A DNA stretch of 64,000 bases from Catajapyx aquilonaris (lineage: Eukaryota): the NCBI GenBank assembly GCA_000934665.2, contig JYFJ02000935.1, positions 1 through 64,000 of the forward strand. The letters run 5' to 3'. Positions 27,988-40,700 of this stretch are shown here, piece after piece (the stretch's first letter is position 1; each line of letters begins with the position of its first letter). A model generated the notes under the pieces. The model had not been told where the DNA came from. It made no database searches and worked only from the letters and a program-made list of their open reading frames with translations. The translations under genes were made by a program, and so were the position numbers.

Positions 27988-30900
27988 GCAGCTCAATATC
28001 GGACCGATTACAACCAATTCCGTACGCTTTAAAAGAATACCCTCCTAAAAATACACTTGAGCTACAACGGAACAATAACCCAGAAGTAACATCCCATAAA
28101 CCCCAAAAAGTGAACCTAGACTTCGAGTAGATTCTGTGTAGCGTGACATCGTGATATAAATAAAGAGGAGCAGCAGTTTACACAGGCTAAGATTCCACCA
28201 TAAGTTAGAGAGAGAAAAAAACCGCAACAAAGCTTACTCCTTTGCAAAACCAACGTATTGCTGTGAACACTGGGAAAACCAAAGGCGGTACCAATAATTT
28301 TCAACCTGGCACCAGAAAGCAGAGTTGTACAGTACTTGGAAATGGCAAAATCTCCCACCCCCTAAAATCAGTATTGAACGTTTTCGAGGGAGGCTAGGGA
28401 AAGGGGGAAAGCGATGGAGGAGGAGCACACACAAGTGAAAAGCCATGTTTGGAACTGGGGGATTGTTTGTCATACCGGAAGCCATTCCAACGTTTCATTC
28501 GGTTCGACTGAGCCAGCCTCCCCCAACGGATCTGGCAGCAGAGGGACTTGAAATTTGAATCTACTGCAGGGGGGCTATAGGGAGGTGCACGGGGAGGCTA
28601 CATAAAAGGCCCCGATCGCTCTCACAGGATGTGCTGACCATTGTGTCCTCACCCAGCTCCCCCTTGCTTACATATTCCCGTGTGCCACTCGCGAATACTC
28701 CAAATTTATGGTCTATTTAGAGCGCAATAAATACTTCTCTCAATTTACATGCCCCTACCAGCCTTTTTTTTGGCAGATACCACACTCACCCGCAATGAAC
28801 AGTCATAATCGCACACAAGTCGTGACGTAACGCGAGCCATTCCCTATCTGATACAATAAAGCATTTTGTGGGTCCCGTAAAGTGGGGTTACGACGTACAG
28901 ATTCAACGTAAATGGAAAGGGGTGGCCTGACCATGTTTAAGCAGCGTAACAAATCGGTGTAATGCTGGGCAACTACATACGGATTTAACGAGGACGCACT
29001 CAATGCATTTATAGCAATTGATAACTATATACAGAGCACTCAAGAACTCCATACACCACTTGGGATTTCCGCCTGATAAAACGTCAGGAGCTGTGGGAGA
29101 ATGACTTACAAATGACGGGAAATTTGCTGAATGTAAGTCGTCAGATGAAATAATTATGATCGGAGAAGTGACTTTATAATTTATCGAGTGCTTGGTACGC
29201 AAAGGCAAAAATTTCAATCGCAGTGGAATTAAAAATGTTAATCTCTTGGACAAACTCTCCAGCTTCGTTCTTGCTGAAGTGGAACATCCCTCCACCCTTC
29301 CATAACTCCCTTCCCCCCAGCCAAAATTCAACATTGCAATCATAATTAAAACACTTGAAGGAGAAACTTTATCCAACACGTGCCATTTCTCATCTCTCCT
29401 TATCAGGAAGAGGGGGAAATTCATTTCGAACCATATGACAAAAAGGAAGCGGCATTAACACAATTAGCGTCGAGATTAAAGGCGGGCAATTAAGATGGCA
29501 ACAAAATTGAAAAATAAGGTACACACTGGGAAAAACGGGAGATATGACGATAAGACAGGCGCCAAGATTCCAGGATTTCAGGAAAAAAGGAGGGCTGTGG
29601 GAGTAGAGTATAGAAAAATGCAGGCCTACAGGAAATGGCGTCATTACAAGAGACGACGTAGCAATTTGTCATCACTTGCTCTTTTTTTAGGCCATCCAAG
29701 GCTCTTCCTCTCTTGAAGTAAAAAAGTAGAACTCATAGAGGTGGTCAAGTGAGCATCACTACACCGTAGCCAAGAAGAGAATTACGGTCTACAACTTCCT
29801 CTTCCACTATCAGACCCTAAAAAGTAATCGGAATGTACCTAAAAAATGAGCAGTGCCATTCTCGGAAGCAGAAACCGTGATATTACCACGTCAGGTCGAC
29901 CCACTTTATTCCGGCCCTGTTCAACCTCAAAATTGAATGTGATAATGGCATCATGAGGCAAATCTGGTTCCTAGAGAAAGGAAGAAAAAGAAGGAGGGGA
30001 AGAGGAAGAAGGCTGTCGTGGAACAGTTGACACCTCATCGCTTTCCTCAACTAATTTAAAAACCGACCCCTAGCAACTTCAATTTGGGACCGAAACCCAA
30101 TTTGGGTCGTCGCCATCACGTTTCACTCATAGTCAACCGATTTCCCCTTTTATCAAAACTTATCAGTGGTAAGAAAATGAAGCCAGAAAATTTCTGACAT
30201 CACCTTCAATGATTCATCATTCTTCAAGTGCTTGGTCAACCTGCAAAGGGTCACTGTAAAATTAGCATTCTTTTGGCCAACCATTGTCTCATTCTCATAA
30301 AAGAAAATGGCCATATCCTTGGCTTATGCCCTGTCTTTTCATCTGTATTCCGCCAGAATGCTCCGAGCCACAAGTCGGGCCCGGCTGTAGAACGCCTAGC
30401 TTATTAAAATCATCTCAGGGAACCGGGGTGACGGAATTGTCGAAAAAGGAGCTTTGGATAGGAAGGAAGGAGCGAGAATATTAAAATGGCAGGGGCTCCC
30501 TCTCTCGTTTTTATGTGGTCCTGTCTCCCCAACATTTATGTCCGAAAATTACGTCTTACACCGCCCCAACCGGACGCCATATTTTATTTACAGCCACCCC
30601 TACAATCCGCCTTTACATCCTCACCAAAATCTGTTATTCCCAACAATGTTTCCGGCCTGGGGTTGCAAGTGCCGTTCTGAACCGGAAGCCAATAATCAAT
30701 GCGGCATCACCGGAATAAACACTTAGAAATTCAGGCCGCGTCTATCTCTCCACCACATTGAGTTCTTCCGCCATTATCAAGTGTACATCATCTCCAACTC
30801 CGAGTCCCCAACCGGTCTGCATTTTCTCAGCCTGTTTATTACGCCGCATTAGAACCAGAAAGCACAGCACATTGTACATCTCGACCCAACTCGGCCCCAT

Positions 30901-31802
30901 ATTTTATTTTAACCGCCGATGGAAGTGAAACGGGGGAGTGAGGAAGGCGCCTATAATCAACACTCAGACACCACCTATTAGCCCAGCAAGTGCTACAAAT
31001 CTCCCTCTGAATAGCGGTGTCGCCTTACAAAATGAAGGTAGTCCCCATAATGGGAATTAGTGCAGTGAATGTGAGGGAATTTAATCCAAGACGGCCCCCT
31101 ACCCCCCCCCCTCTCCTGACTTCCCCCCTACTCGACAAGTTATTCCCTTTAATAACGTGAAGGACTTGAAATGGCGCTGGAGTGGGATTAATTCCTGGGG
31201 AAAGTACGGGGATGGGGAGGACAAGAGCTGAGCTGTAAAACGTGCGCGTTCAGCCTGTCAGCAACCTTGTCGTTCACATGCCTCCTCAACTGACAGCATT
31301 AATGCGCAGCGGGATTGCTTGAGTAAGTTCCTTCATTCCGCGATGAAACCTGGTCTTTCTTTTGCTCTCCCCCCCCACCCATCATGCCATCTGCTCTAAC
31401 AAGTCACCTGCTGGATGCCCCATGTGGCCTTTGCAGCGGGATTCACTAGCCTACTCTGCCCTGTGTTGTAAGGCTGCCCATGGGACTCTGATGGACGGGA
31501 CATTTCCGGGCTGATCAGGATTACTGGAGGTTCAGGGACAACCACGACAGTTTCCTGTCATCTTACAGTGGGTGGCAAATCGTTCATTGGCCTCGGATCA
31601 GCGTCGAACCTTTTATTCGCCAGTAACTTTTTGCCATCATGATAAGTGCGATGTGTCATTGGTGTATATCGGAACCAACTTTTGTGGTAGTTTGACCCAC
31701 TGTCTTATCTTAATCTCACCCTCATAAACACGATGACTGAGGGCGATAAGACTATAAAGAAGGCACGGAGATGTTATGTCCTGCATACTATTCAGAATGT
31801 CA

Positions 31803-32077
31803 CAGAAGCAGTTTGGAGTAGGGGATATGGTGTCCGACTGCTAATCGGGAGGTCCTGGGATCAAATCCCGGGGCCGGCAACTCTGACCGTGGTTTTCTGT
31901 GGTTTCCCACGGTCCGTCCAGGAAAATTCCGGAGTTGCTTCCGTAATTAATAGGCCACAGCCGCTTCCTTCCGTCCCTATCCTATCCCAAAGAGCACAGT
32001 AAAAATGAAAAGCAAAGAGTTCCAGGCAAAACAAACTTTCCCCCTAAAGAGCCGATGGCTGATAACGGGGTATGAAT
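31803..32077 (+). mobile_element. tRNA-Ser(GCT)-like SINE, copy 2
   Basis: Same family as 14467-14745, with a decayed B box (GGATCAAATCC). Perfect 17-bp TSD TACTATTCAGAATGTCA at 31786-31802 and 32078-32094. Confidence 0.93.
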
Positions 32078-32141
32078 TACTATTCAGAATGTCAGACATG
32101 GCAACTTCACTCTCTTCGCAAGCCTATTAATGTCCTGTTAT

Positions 32142-32289
32142 TAAGGGGGTAATCACTTCGGTGCTCCGGTGTACACCTGCGAGTGGTACTCCCTGGTACT
32201 CCTCAGGTACCTCACTCTTTATTACTCCTTGGTACTCCTTGAATTTGGTACTCCAGTGTACACTTTTCAGTCGAGTGATTACCCCCTTG
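32142..32289. mobile_element. 148-bp MITE with 8-bp TSD (hAT- or P-superfamily-like), copy 1
   Basis: Perfect 15-bp TIR AAGGGGGTAATCACT (32143-32157 / 32274-32288), TSD CCTGTTAT at 32134-32141 and 32290-32297, and internal GGTACTCC repeats. Confidence 0.9.
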
Positions 32290-33726
32290 CCTGTTATCAT
32301 GTTTGGGTTTGTGAAAGGGGGGGGGTATTCACACATAACGGTTAAATCAAGTGATAACCACCATTAGTTTAACAGTTATACTATTTTTTTCTCCCGCCTG
32401 CTCCAAACCATCTTTTCAGAGGATTGAAGTTCCCACACACAGAGCAGTTTGAATCAGGATGAAATCAATAATAGAATCATTGGGGAATAAGTGACAGTGA
32501 GAATCTCTCGCCAACCGATGAAGGCACCGATTTCATCTCGGCTCCGAAAAAAAGTCCCGCCAAAGCCATCTCAAGATGGACGACGCGCGCATCCGATTTT
32601 CGCCAGAGAGAAAGCTTGGGAGGGGCTGGTAGGGTGAGGTGAGTGTGTAAGATACGATGATGACCTAATCTATAGGGAAAGAGAATCTGGGAAGTAATGG
32701 GTAGACTCCTGAAGAGGCAGGCAAAAGGGGAGGCCGTTTCGCTCTGTTTATGGGTCTCATTTTCGCATAACCGTAGTCTGCAGACAAAACTACCGTGGAT
32801 TTAGCTCCCGGGCAAAGGCAAAAGGGTGCGCCATATCAACTCCATACGCAAAATTAGGCTTTTCTACATATACACGGTGAGTCACAAAGCCCTCCATTTC
32901 CAGCCTCGGGTGGAATATAATAATAACGAGAGATGCCAATGTTGGATGACCTAAACATTTATAAGGTGTTAATTTTTATAATAAGCCCTCGCAAGTAAGA
33001 GGCTTTCTAAACAGAACATAAAAGTAATTACAAACACGGTATTTTATCCTTGATTGTGACTGACTGCACACTGTTTCGATAATTATGTTAATGACATAAA
33101 GTAGGTTTTTGATAAAGTTTATAATTAACTCACACACTAATTAATTTTACGCTTTAGCAGTATGTTAACCAGAAAAAATCGACCGTGCATAATATGGAAA
33201 AAATTGAACGAGGGTGTATCATGGAGAGTAGGTCATTTTGAATGGTTATACTCATATACTATAGTTGTTGTCCAACTGGATCAAAATATTTCAAGAGCCT
33301 TCCGAGAAAGAATAAACACCAATTCTGCTCAGAAAAAAAGTGAATGAAAACACGGCAGGTTATGCAATATTACTTTTTCAAATGTCAGAATGTCAGAATC
33401 GAGCATTTATTTATTTCCAATTTGTATTTCAGAAGCTTGTTATGGCTTTATGTTATGACTTAGATATGTGCTTCAAACAACTCTTTTACTTTTGAAATAA
33501 TTTTTTTTTGCAAGCGAATTCTAAATATTTGAAAGGCAAATGAAATAATACTCTATATTATGTAGTTTTCAACAGGATATGAATGTTCAAAATGTACATA
33601 TAATATCACAATATTACACACTTATACTCTACGAAAAGATACTACTTTTCAGCACAATAGGCATATCATTTTCTGGTTCAGGAGACATCCATCAGACCAT
33701 CACTGACATTCAGTGACGCGTCGTCA

Positions 33727-33869
33727 CAAAGGGTTAACCACTTTGGTATTCCGGTGTATACCTGAAGTGGTACTCCCAGGTACTCCTTTAATAGGTACCT
33801 TACTCTTTGGTATCCATGGTACTCCTTGAATTTGGTACTCCAGAGTACAGTGGAGTGGTTAACCCCTTG
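33727..33869. mobile_element. 143-bp MITE with 8-bp TSD, copy 2
   Basis: 16-bp TIR CAA(A/G)GGGTTAACCACT and TSD CGTCGTCA at 33719-33726 and 33870-33877. The interior aligns with copy 1 (e.g. GGTACTCCTTGAATTTGGTACTCCAG). Confidence 0.9.
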
Positions 33870-36053
33870 CGTCGTCATTTGTATTCGGAAGAGATATACT
33901 ATATGAATGAACTGTAAGTGTTTATTAAAGACACATGGTGTATTCCTTTCAAAGTACTGTAGATAACATTTTCAATACATCATAAGCCTTCTGACATATT
34001 TTGGCACGTTTGACTCCTCTGGAAAACCATAGTACTCAAATTTGACATTCATGGCGACAATTTGACATTTTTTTTTCGTTAATCCACCTCTAACACATTT
34101 TTTCCAACCTTGCAACACGCAAATAGGACATATTCCCCATTGCCCATCTAGCCCCGCACCGTCGCTCCCTTTCAGAATCAAGCTCCAAATCCCGAAAAAA
34201 AAAGCCAGCGCGAGTTATATCACCTGCCCCCACCCTCAACACATGGGTCCGGGGGATAAAGTATCGTGTGGTGACAAATGCGACGGGAAACGCCACAGAC
34301 ACTCCTGGACCAGCCCGCACAGTATCATCTAGGCGTGTTGGAGAGGTCAAATTACGATCCTCACCCGTCCTGGCAGGCGCTCCCCTCTTTTTGTTTATCC
34401 CTGGCCCCATATCCCTTTGAGCTGTCTCGGATGCAACTAACTGCGGTCCGGTCCTTGAAAATCAAGTGCGAAGACTGTCCATTACATGCCAGTGTCATAC
34501 CTTTCGACTCGCGCTGTGTGTCAAAACAATTCCCGGTCTGGCCCGGGGTAGCCTCGCTACCCACAATTACAGTACATTACACGCCGAGCAGAGCAAGATT
34601 CATCCGCTGGGATGCCTCGGCGCAGCAGCCACCAGCACCAGATTTGCACTTGTCGACAGACACTACTTCCAACATATTATTCAAATGGCGAGTCGACAAA
34701 TGAAAGTACTCTTAGTGCGATGCGGAAGCCAACTCAATCTGTCCAAGTGCCTGTACTCAGCCATCATGCCGGTTACACCTTATGCTTACGATTGGTATGC
34801 TTAATTATGCAGATGGTCCATTAACTTTGCACTAGATTTTTTGTGGCTCAAAGCTTACTATCAGCTATAGCTGGCAAAAATACTACTACTTTGTGAGAGG
34901 CTAAAGTTTGGCAATATGCTGGATAGCTTTAAATGAGAGACACTTAAATTGTCTAAAATGTGCTAAATTTGTGAGCAGGCATGCAGCTAGTGTCACGCTG
35001 CTGGCCACTGCAATTCCAGGGGTGCTTGTAAACGCAAGGTACATGGCCTCCCAGGTGGTTTGGTAGAAAGCAGACAAGTTTTACCCTGGCGTGAGCAGTG
35101 TTTTTCGCGCTCATCCAAGAGGCAGACTACAGTAACGAGTTATTTATACAACTCGGAAACCTCCAGGGTATCAGACTCCATGTCAGCAGCATTCCACACA
35201 TTCCAAAAAAAAATGTCGACCGTCACTCACACATAACAGTAGCATTTTAAAGAGCAAACATTACTACACTTCAATATTTCGTCAACATCGAACACTCCAA
35301 AATTTTCCTACTGCCTTACTTTAAAACAACAGTGAAGCACATACACGTATCTTGAACAAGCTAGAGTATATCCCTCGCAAAAGCGCAAAAGCCACGCGAC
35401 TTTCATAAATAAGCCACCAAGATCTGCAATCTTTTCCTCCCTTCCTCTGCAGTTCAAGACAGATATTTCAAACGCCAACCACTACGAAATAATATTCATG
35501 CCAGGACGCAAATTAACCTACCCAGGGAGCGAGAAGAAAACAATATTGTTACCTCAGTAATTAGAGTCGCAATATTTTCCTCCCATCTCCAATACGCCCA
35601 GAGCAGATTTACTCCGAGAGGTCGATTTTTAATGGCGCCCCCTTCAGGCATAATTTGAAACAAATGGCGCTAGGCTATAATATCGCTTCCTTGCCAACTT
35701 CCCAAGTTATGGAAATGTCGATGTCGTTTCACTTATTAAAAGACGAGGGGGGGATTCCCCGGCAAGAACTGGACGGCAAATTAACTCGCGCTCCATCTTG
35801 AACGTTTACCTTTAAACATTTGAGGGGAGGCCGGAAAGGAAAAGACCGACCCTGCCGCCCTCAAAATCCCCTAATAATGCCACTCGATTCGGGGAAGCCA
35901 ATCAACCTGCCCGTTCAGACATTTGTCGTTTCTTCAATTATCGTATAAATTGGCAAAAGGAACGGCCATTATAAACCAACCCGGCCTGAAATGAAGTGAG
36001 AGAACAAAACGGAGGCTGTTTCACGCCGCATTACCCTACCAAGCGGTGGAGCC

Positions 36054-36071
36054 ACACACACACACACACAC
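36054..36071. repeat. (CA)n microsatellite
   Basis: Seen directly. Confidence 0.85.
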
Positions 36072-37668
36072 AAAATCAGTACACTGGATATCCAATATAA
36101 AGATTGAACACTCAAATGGACAATGCTTGAAAAGGAAAAAAAAATATTCCGGAGTATGGGAAAAATTTCCAGACGTTTGCCCAACTTCGGGCGAATAATA
36201 GGGTCAGCTTTTTTTCTCTCTCTCTTTCTTCACTTTCAACTCGCAGCTGACGAGCTAACTCGCTCCACTGGGTCAGCCTGCCCGCAATAAATCCACATCC
36301 ATTACTTACATATTGAACGGGGCATCGTAAAAGTACGCTGGCTTGGAGGTACTTTGGGCTAATGCCGCCACCCAAAGCTCTGGCCACAGCTGTTCACACA
36401 TCTACTGTTAGGCACCATCCGTGGAAAGGGATATCAAAGTGCTTTTCTGACCCCGCTTCATCGATAATACCTGCCGCGAATTTACTTGCGTTCATATATA
36501 TAGAGTTGTATGCAGGAAGTAAGTCTGAGCAAATGGGTATAGAAATGGCTTCCCAGAAATGAAATCTAAAGGCCGAATTCTATCTCTGCCGGAGTTTTTT
36601 TTTTATTCAAAACTGGCCACCTCTGAAATAACCTGCACTACGAGTACTTCTGATTCGTTGGTTTGATGGAGGAAGCCGGACAAGCCGCAGCAACTAATAA
36701 CGGAGAGGATGGGATGTCGTCCTATCTCAGCTTCATCCCGGTTTTAGCTCAACTTTAGGACTGAAATTGCAATCAAATGTACATCAACCGAATGACACAA
36801 TCTTGCTAAATTGCTGGTGACGTTGCAACTGGATTAAGAAATAAACATGGCTAAACAAGTTCTACATACAGGTCCTGCCGAAAAAAACCTAACAAATTTG
36901 ACCCAGCTGAATATTCAACGCAATATTTTGCACAATATTCCGTTATTCTCACAAGAGTAATGAAACTTAATTATGATTTGCAACTTTTACTTTGTTGTTC
37001 GCAACACACGACGTATTATTTGATTTTTTTGGCCACTATTTTAGGGACTGGTCGCGCTTCGATACCCGATCAGCCATTAATCCGACCTCGTTTCGGAAAC
37101 GCTACACAATAATTCACGGTATAAATTACCATGCGAATATTGACAGCATGGACGTTCAGTGACCCACGTCCATCAGAAACTTACCCATGAAAAAAAAATC
37201 CACGTTTCAAACTCACTGTAGCTGCTGGAAATGGCGCACTGAATTTTCCTATTTTTTTCCACAATGCTACATTGAACACCGCAAGATCACAACTAACGGG
37301 TTCAGCTTGTGAGGATATATGTCCTGACAAGCTCTTATTGTATGCATGCAAAATTCAAGCTCGTGCGACATTTTACATCCTTGCCATTATTCACGGGTGG
37401 ACTGATGAAATTTTTGCAACAGACCTGTAACTTCCGCGAAGGGTTTCCGCCAAGAAAGGTTTCGAGTAAAAAAAAAAAAAGTTCTAAATGTCAAATCAGG
37501 AACAGCCGTTCACCTCCCCCCTCTCCCCCTAGACGGCCCTAAACCATAGGGTGCCTCATAAAAACGAGCACAGGGAGAAATAAGAAACACGCTATAGAAA
37601 AATACTATAAAAACTTTTCGCCTCGCGACTATTTTTCGTTAATCAGTCCAGAACCGGATATTGACAAC

Positions 37669-37745
37669 ACTTACCGTTCAATGATTGGAAAGGTTCATCA
37701 ACTCAGAACACACTTACCTAGAACAAGAGAATGTACATGTCAGTT
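37669..37745 (-). other. Recursive splice site candidate B with 43-nt cryptic RS-exon (37717..37675)
   Basis: Minus strand reads AACTGACATGTACATTCTCTTGTTCTAG|GTAAGT (junction 37718/37717, CTGAC branch A at 37740). The downstream donor is ACG|GTAAGT at 37675/37674. The exon has stops in all three frames. Confidence 0.78.
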
Positions 37746-40700
37746 ATGCATGAAGACGTAACATCGTAATTTAATATGACTCGCAGCAGCATTATCGGGT
37801 TTGCCAGGAATATACCCACCATTCCAGAATTCAACGAGTGATGATTAATTCAATCTGACACACAGCTTCGGTCTCATCTTACATTTCACCAACTTATTAA
37901 TTTAGCATCCCAGAGCTGACCTCGACTGTCAACAAGCAAACTGGGTCAGTCCCCTAGTATACATAATAAATTGACCGGGTCTGGTCAAGCCTCGTCTGTC
38001 GTGACCCCTTCCCGCCCAGCAGGCAGAATCAGCAGTTCGGAGCGGGGCCTTTTCTCCCAAAAAATCTGGTGGCCACTGCGTGCCACGACTGTCCAATCAA
38101 AATGCCGCATGCACTTTTTTTTCGCTCTCTTCCTCCCTTTTTTTCTCCCTGTCATTGATCCTAAACTGTTCAATTGTAGTGAGTGAAGAAATGGGAAACG
38201 TGAGCTGCCAAGAGGTTGCTGGCCGGTCGTTTTCTTGCTCCTCTTCCCCTCCTCCCCAGTTCCCATTTCCAGTAATGAGAAATCGTTCAGTGGGCTGGAA
38301 TCTTCCTTCCTTTCCACACAGGGTGAACACAAGGGAGAAAAAATATGTACGGGGGTGGCAGGCTACAAAAAAATATCTTTGGCTGGTAATGGTGCAAGTA
38401 TAGGGTAGCTAGGTTTTGGTGCCTAAAAGTTCAATAATATTTTAAACAATTGACCGATTAATTAATGACATCATGGCCATACATAAGAAATCCATAAAAC
38501 CCCAAAACATAGTTGTGAGACAATCCAAAGCAGATTTGATAGGTTTGCTGGCTCATTATGAATCTTTCCCCAGGCGATCGAGCATAAAAAATTATACTTA
38601 GTAATGTGAATAACTCAAAACAGCCAAAATTGGACTTACGCGTACTTGTTAGACGATTTCTCCTGTATGCCCACGACATATCGGCCTTGCTCCAACTAGT
38701 AATCAATAGCAAGGTTGATGTCTAGTAAATATAATGTAACAGACGTAATTAAATGTGTCAATTCTCTTGGGAAATCGTAAGGTATGACATTTATACAGCT
38801 AGAAGGCGAATTCAATGCGGAGAGCTAATTAAACTCTTGGAGTTATTAATTTGTGGAATTCCTGCCAGCATTTTACCTAATGTATTATAACTTTTTTTTC
38901 TCTCAGTCTTGTTACTCATGCAAAACTCGAGTCAATTTGCATGTCGCGCTTCAAAAAGCAGAAAAAGACTGTAATTTCAGAATTTTTTGCGCTCGAAATC
39001 CTGACAAGTAAAGACTATCATATAGCGGAAAATCTGGCCCATCCGGGAGTGGCGCTTTTACAACTCTTCACACGGCTCCATCATGCCGCCAACAGCATAT
39101 TTCAAAACAAGATTTGGGTGCTTCTTCCATGCATTTTGTAAACCACAATTTATTACGAAGGCTCTCAAGCTGTCATTTAAAACAAACAAGATGCCCAGAC
39201 CAAGGTTAATTTAGGAAGGTATACTACTGAACCGCCACGGAAGGATGGATTTGTCCATAACTGGCTCTGTTTCCAAAAAGTCAAGATTTTGGAACTTCTC
39301 TAGCATATTGTGGCATCTCCTGTTCCAAATTTCAGTTCTATAAACAGTTTGGAAGTGGGTTAGGTAACATGGACATACATACAAACTTTTCCACATTTTA
39401 TAAGTAGCGACTTTAAAACTATAGCACATTTGAACAAAATGCGTTCTGAAGTTTCTGTGCGTATCGCAACTTCTTCAGGCGTACCCATCACACGATAGAA
39501 AATATATCGTATAATTATACATAAAGCTTCGACCCCACGCTGCACGGTCTCCATAATGACGCTTTATGAGTCGCTTCAAATACCCTTTTGCGGGAAAGAC
39601 TATTTGGAAAAGAGCCTTTTTTGTCACTTCCACCATCTTTTCCCTTCGCCATCCCACCCCCTCCTGCCCCGCCTTCCCCTTGTTTGTAGCTCCTCCACCC
39701 GTGCGTGTCTAATTAACGTTTTCTAAAGAAGTGAAACTTGCAAGTGTAATAAAAACTTGGCGCGGGGGCTTCTTATTAGCTCGTCCTCCGAGTGCCTGCA
39801 GAAATTAAGCGGGGGAAGGAGGGGTAGGGTGGGGTGGGGGGGGGGGGTTAGTGGGGTGGGGTCGCTGATTTAAGACGGCTGAACGCAGACGAAGAAACTA
39901 ATCAAAGGCTGCGCACGTCAGCTCGGTCCCTGGAATAATCCACAGTCTCTTTTCTACAGTTGAATCCCTCCCCTAGCGCTTTCCACCTCCCTACCCCGCC
40001 ATACCCTACATGATGACAGGCGCCACTGTGGTCTCCAGTCAAACCAACGTGAATCTCGTGACAAACAAGTTCCGCCATCAAGACGTTCACCTCTCATTTC
40101 CTCCAGATGCAATGTACGACGCCTATCGCTAATGACTTTCTGGCTATCTAGGAATTATTGAAAGGAGCAGGAAATAGTTTCGGGGGACACTATCTGGAAG
40201 TTCGATCCAGTCGGGAGTGAAAATATTATTTCATTTTTTTTAAAGGTGAATTTCAACAAGGCCAATAAAGCGGGATGAATATTTTAGAGAGGAAGAGCTC
40301 GGCGCCAAAATTGCGAGACCTTCTTGTTTTTTGGGTTCGGCTAGGGGGTCTATCGTGCATTATTTTAATATTTTAGTTCCAGTTAGGATAAATATTTCAT
40401 GCGTTTTCCCTAATAGGGGCAGGGAGCGACAAAGAGTGCAGGCTACAAGAAGTAATCAAGACAAACTTGGTATCTCCGTAATTCAGAAGGGAAAGTTCGC
40501 TTGACGGATTCGGCTAACTTTGTTTCGACCCCCCAATTATAAATTACGACTGTCTCACCGCCTTGTCGCTAGCAAAAAGTCAACAAAACGTTAAACACAG
40601 CTTCAATGTTGGACTATACCGCCAGCCTTCTTTTCATCTATTCATTGTGAGAGGTGTGATCCTCCCTCCGAAACATTCAATATTCCCAGCTACCATCGTT

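Noticed and set aside
29838..30000. Strong minus-strand acceptor near 29971 followed by a short open frame (EPDLPHDAIITFNFEV...)
   Set aside because: The tract is a simple purine-rich repeat on the plus strand, nearby donors are weak and the peptide is not recognisable.
37178..37200. Minus-strand TTTTTTTTTCATGG|GTAAGT
   Set aside because: No AG before the donor, so it is not an acceptor-donor junction.
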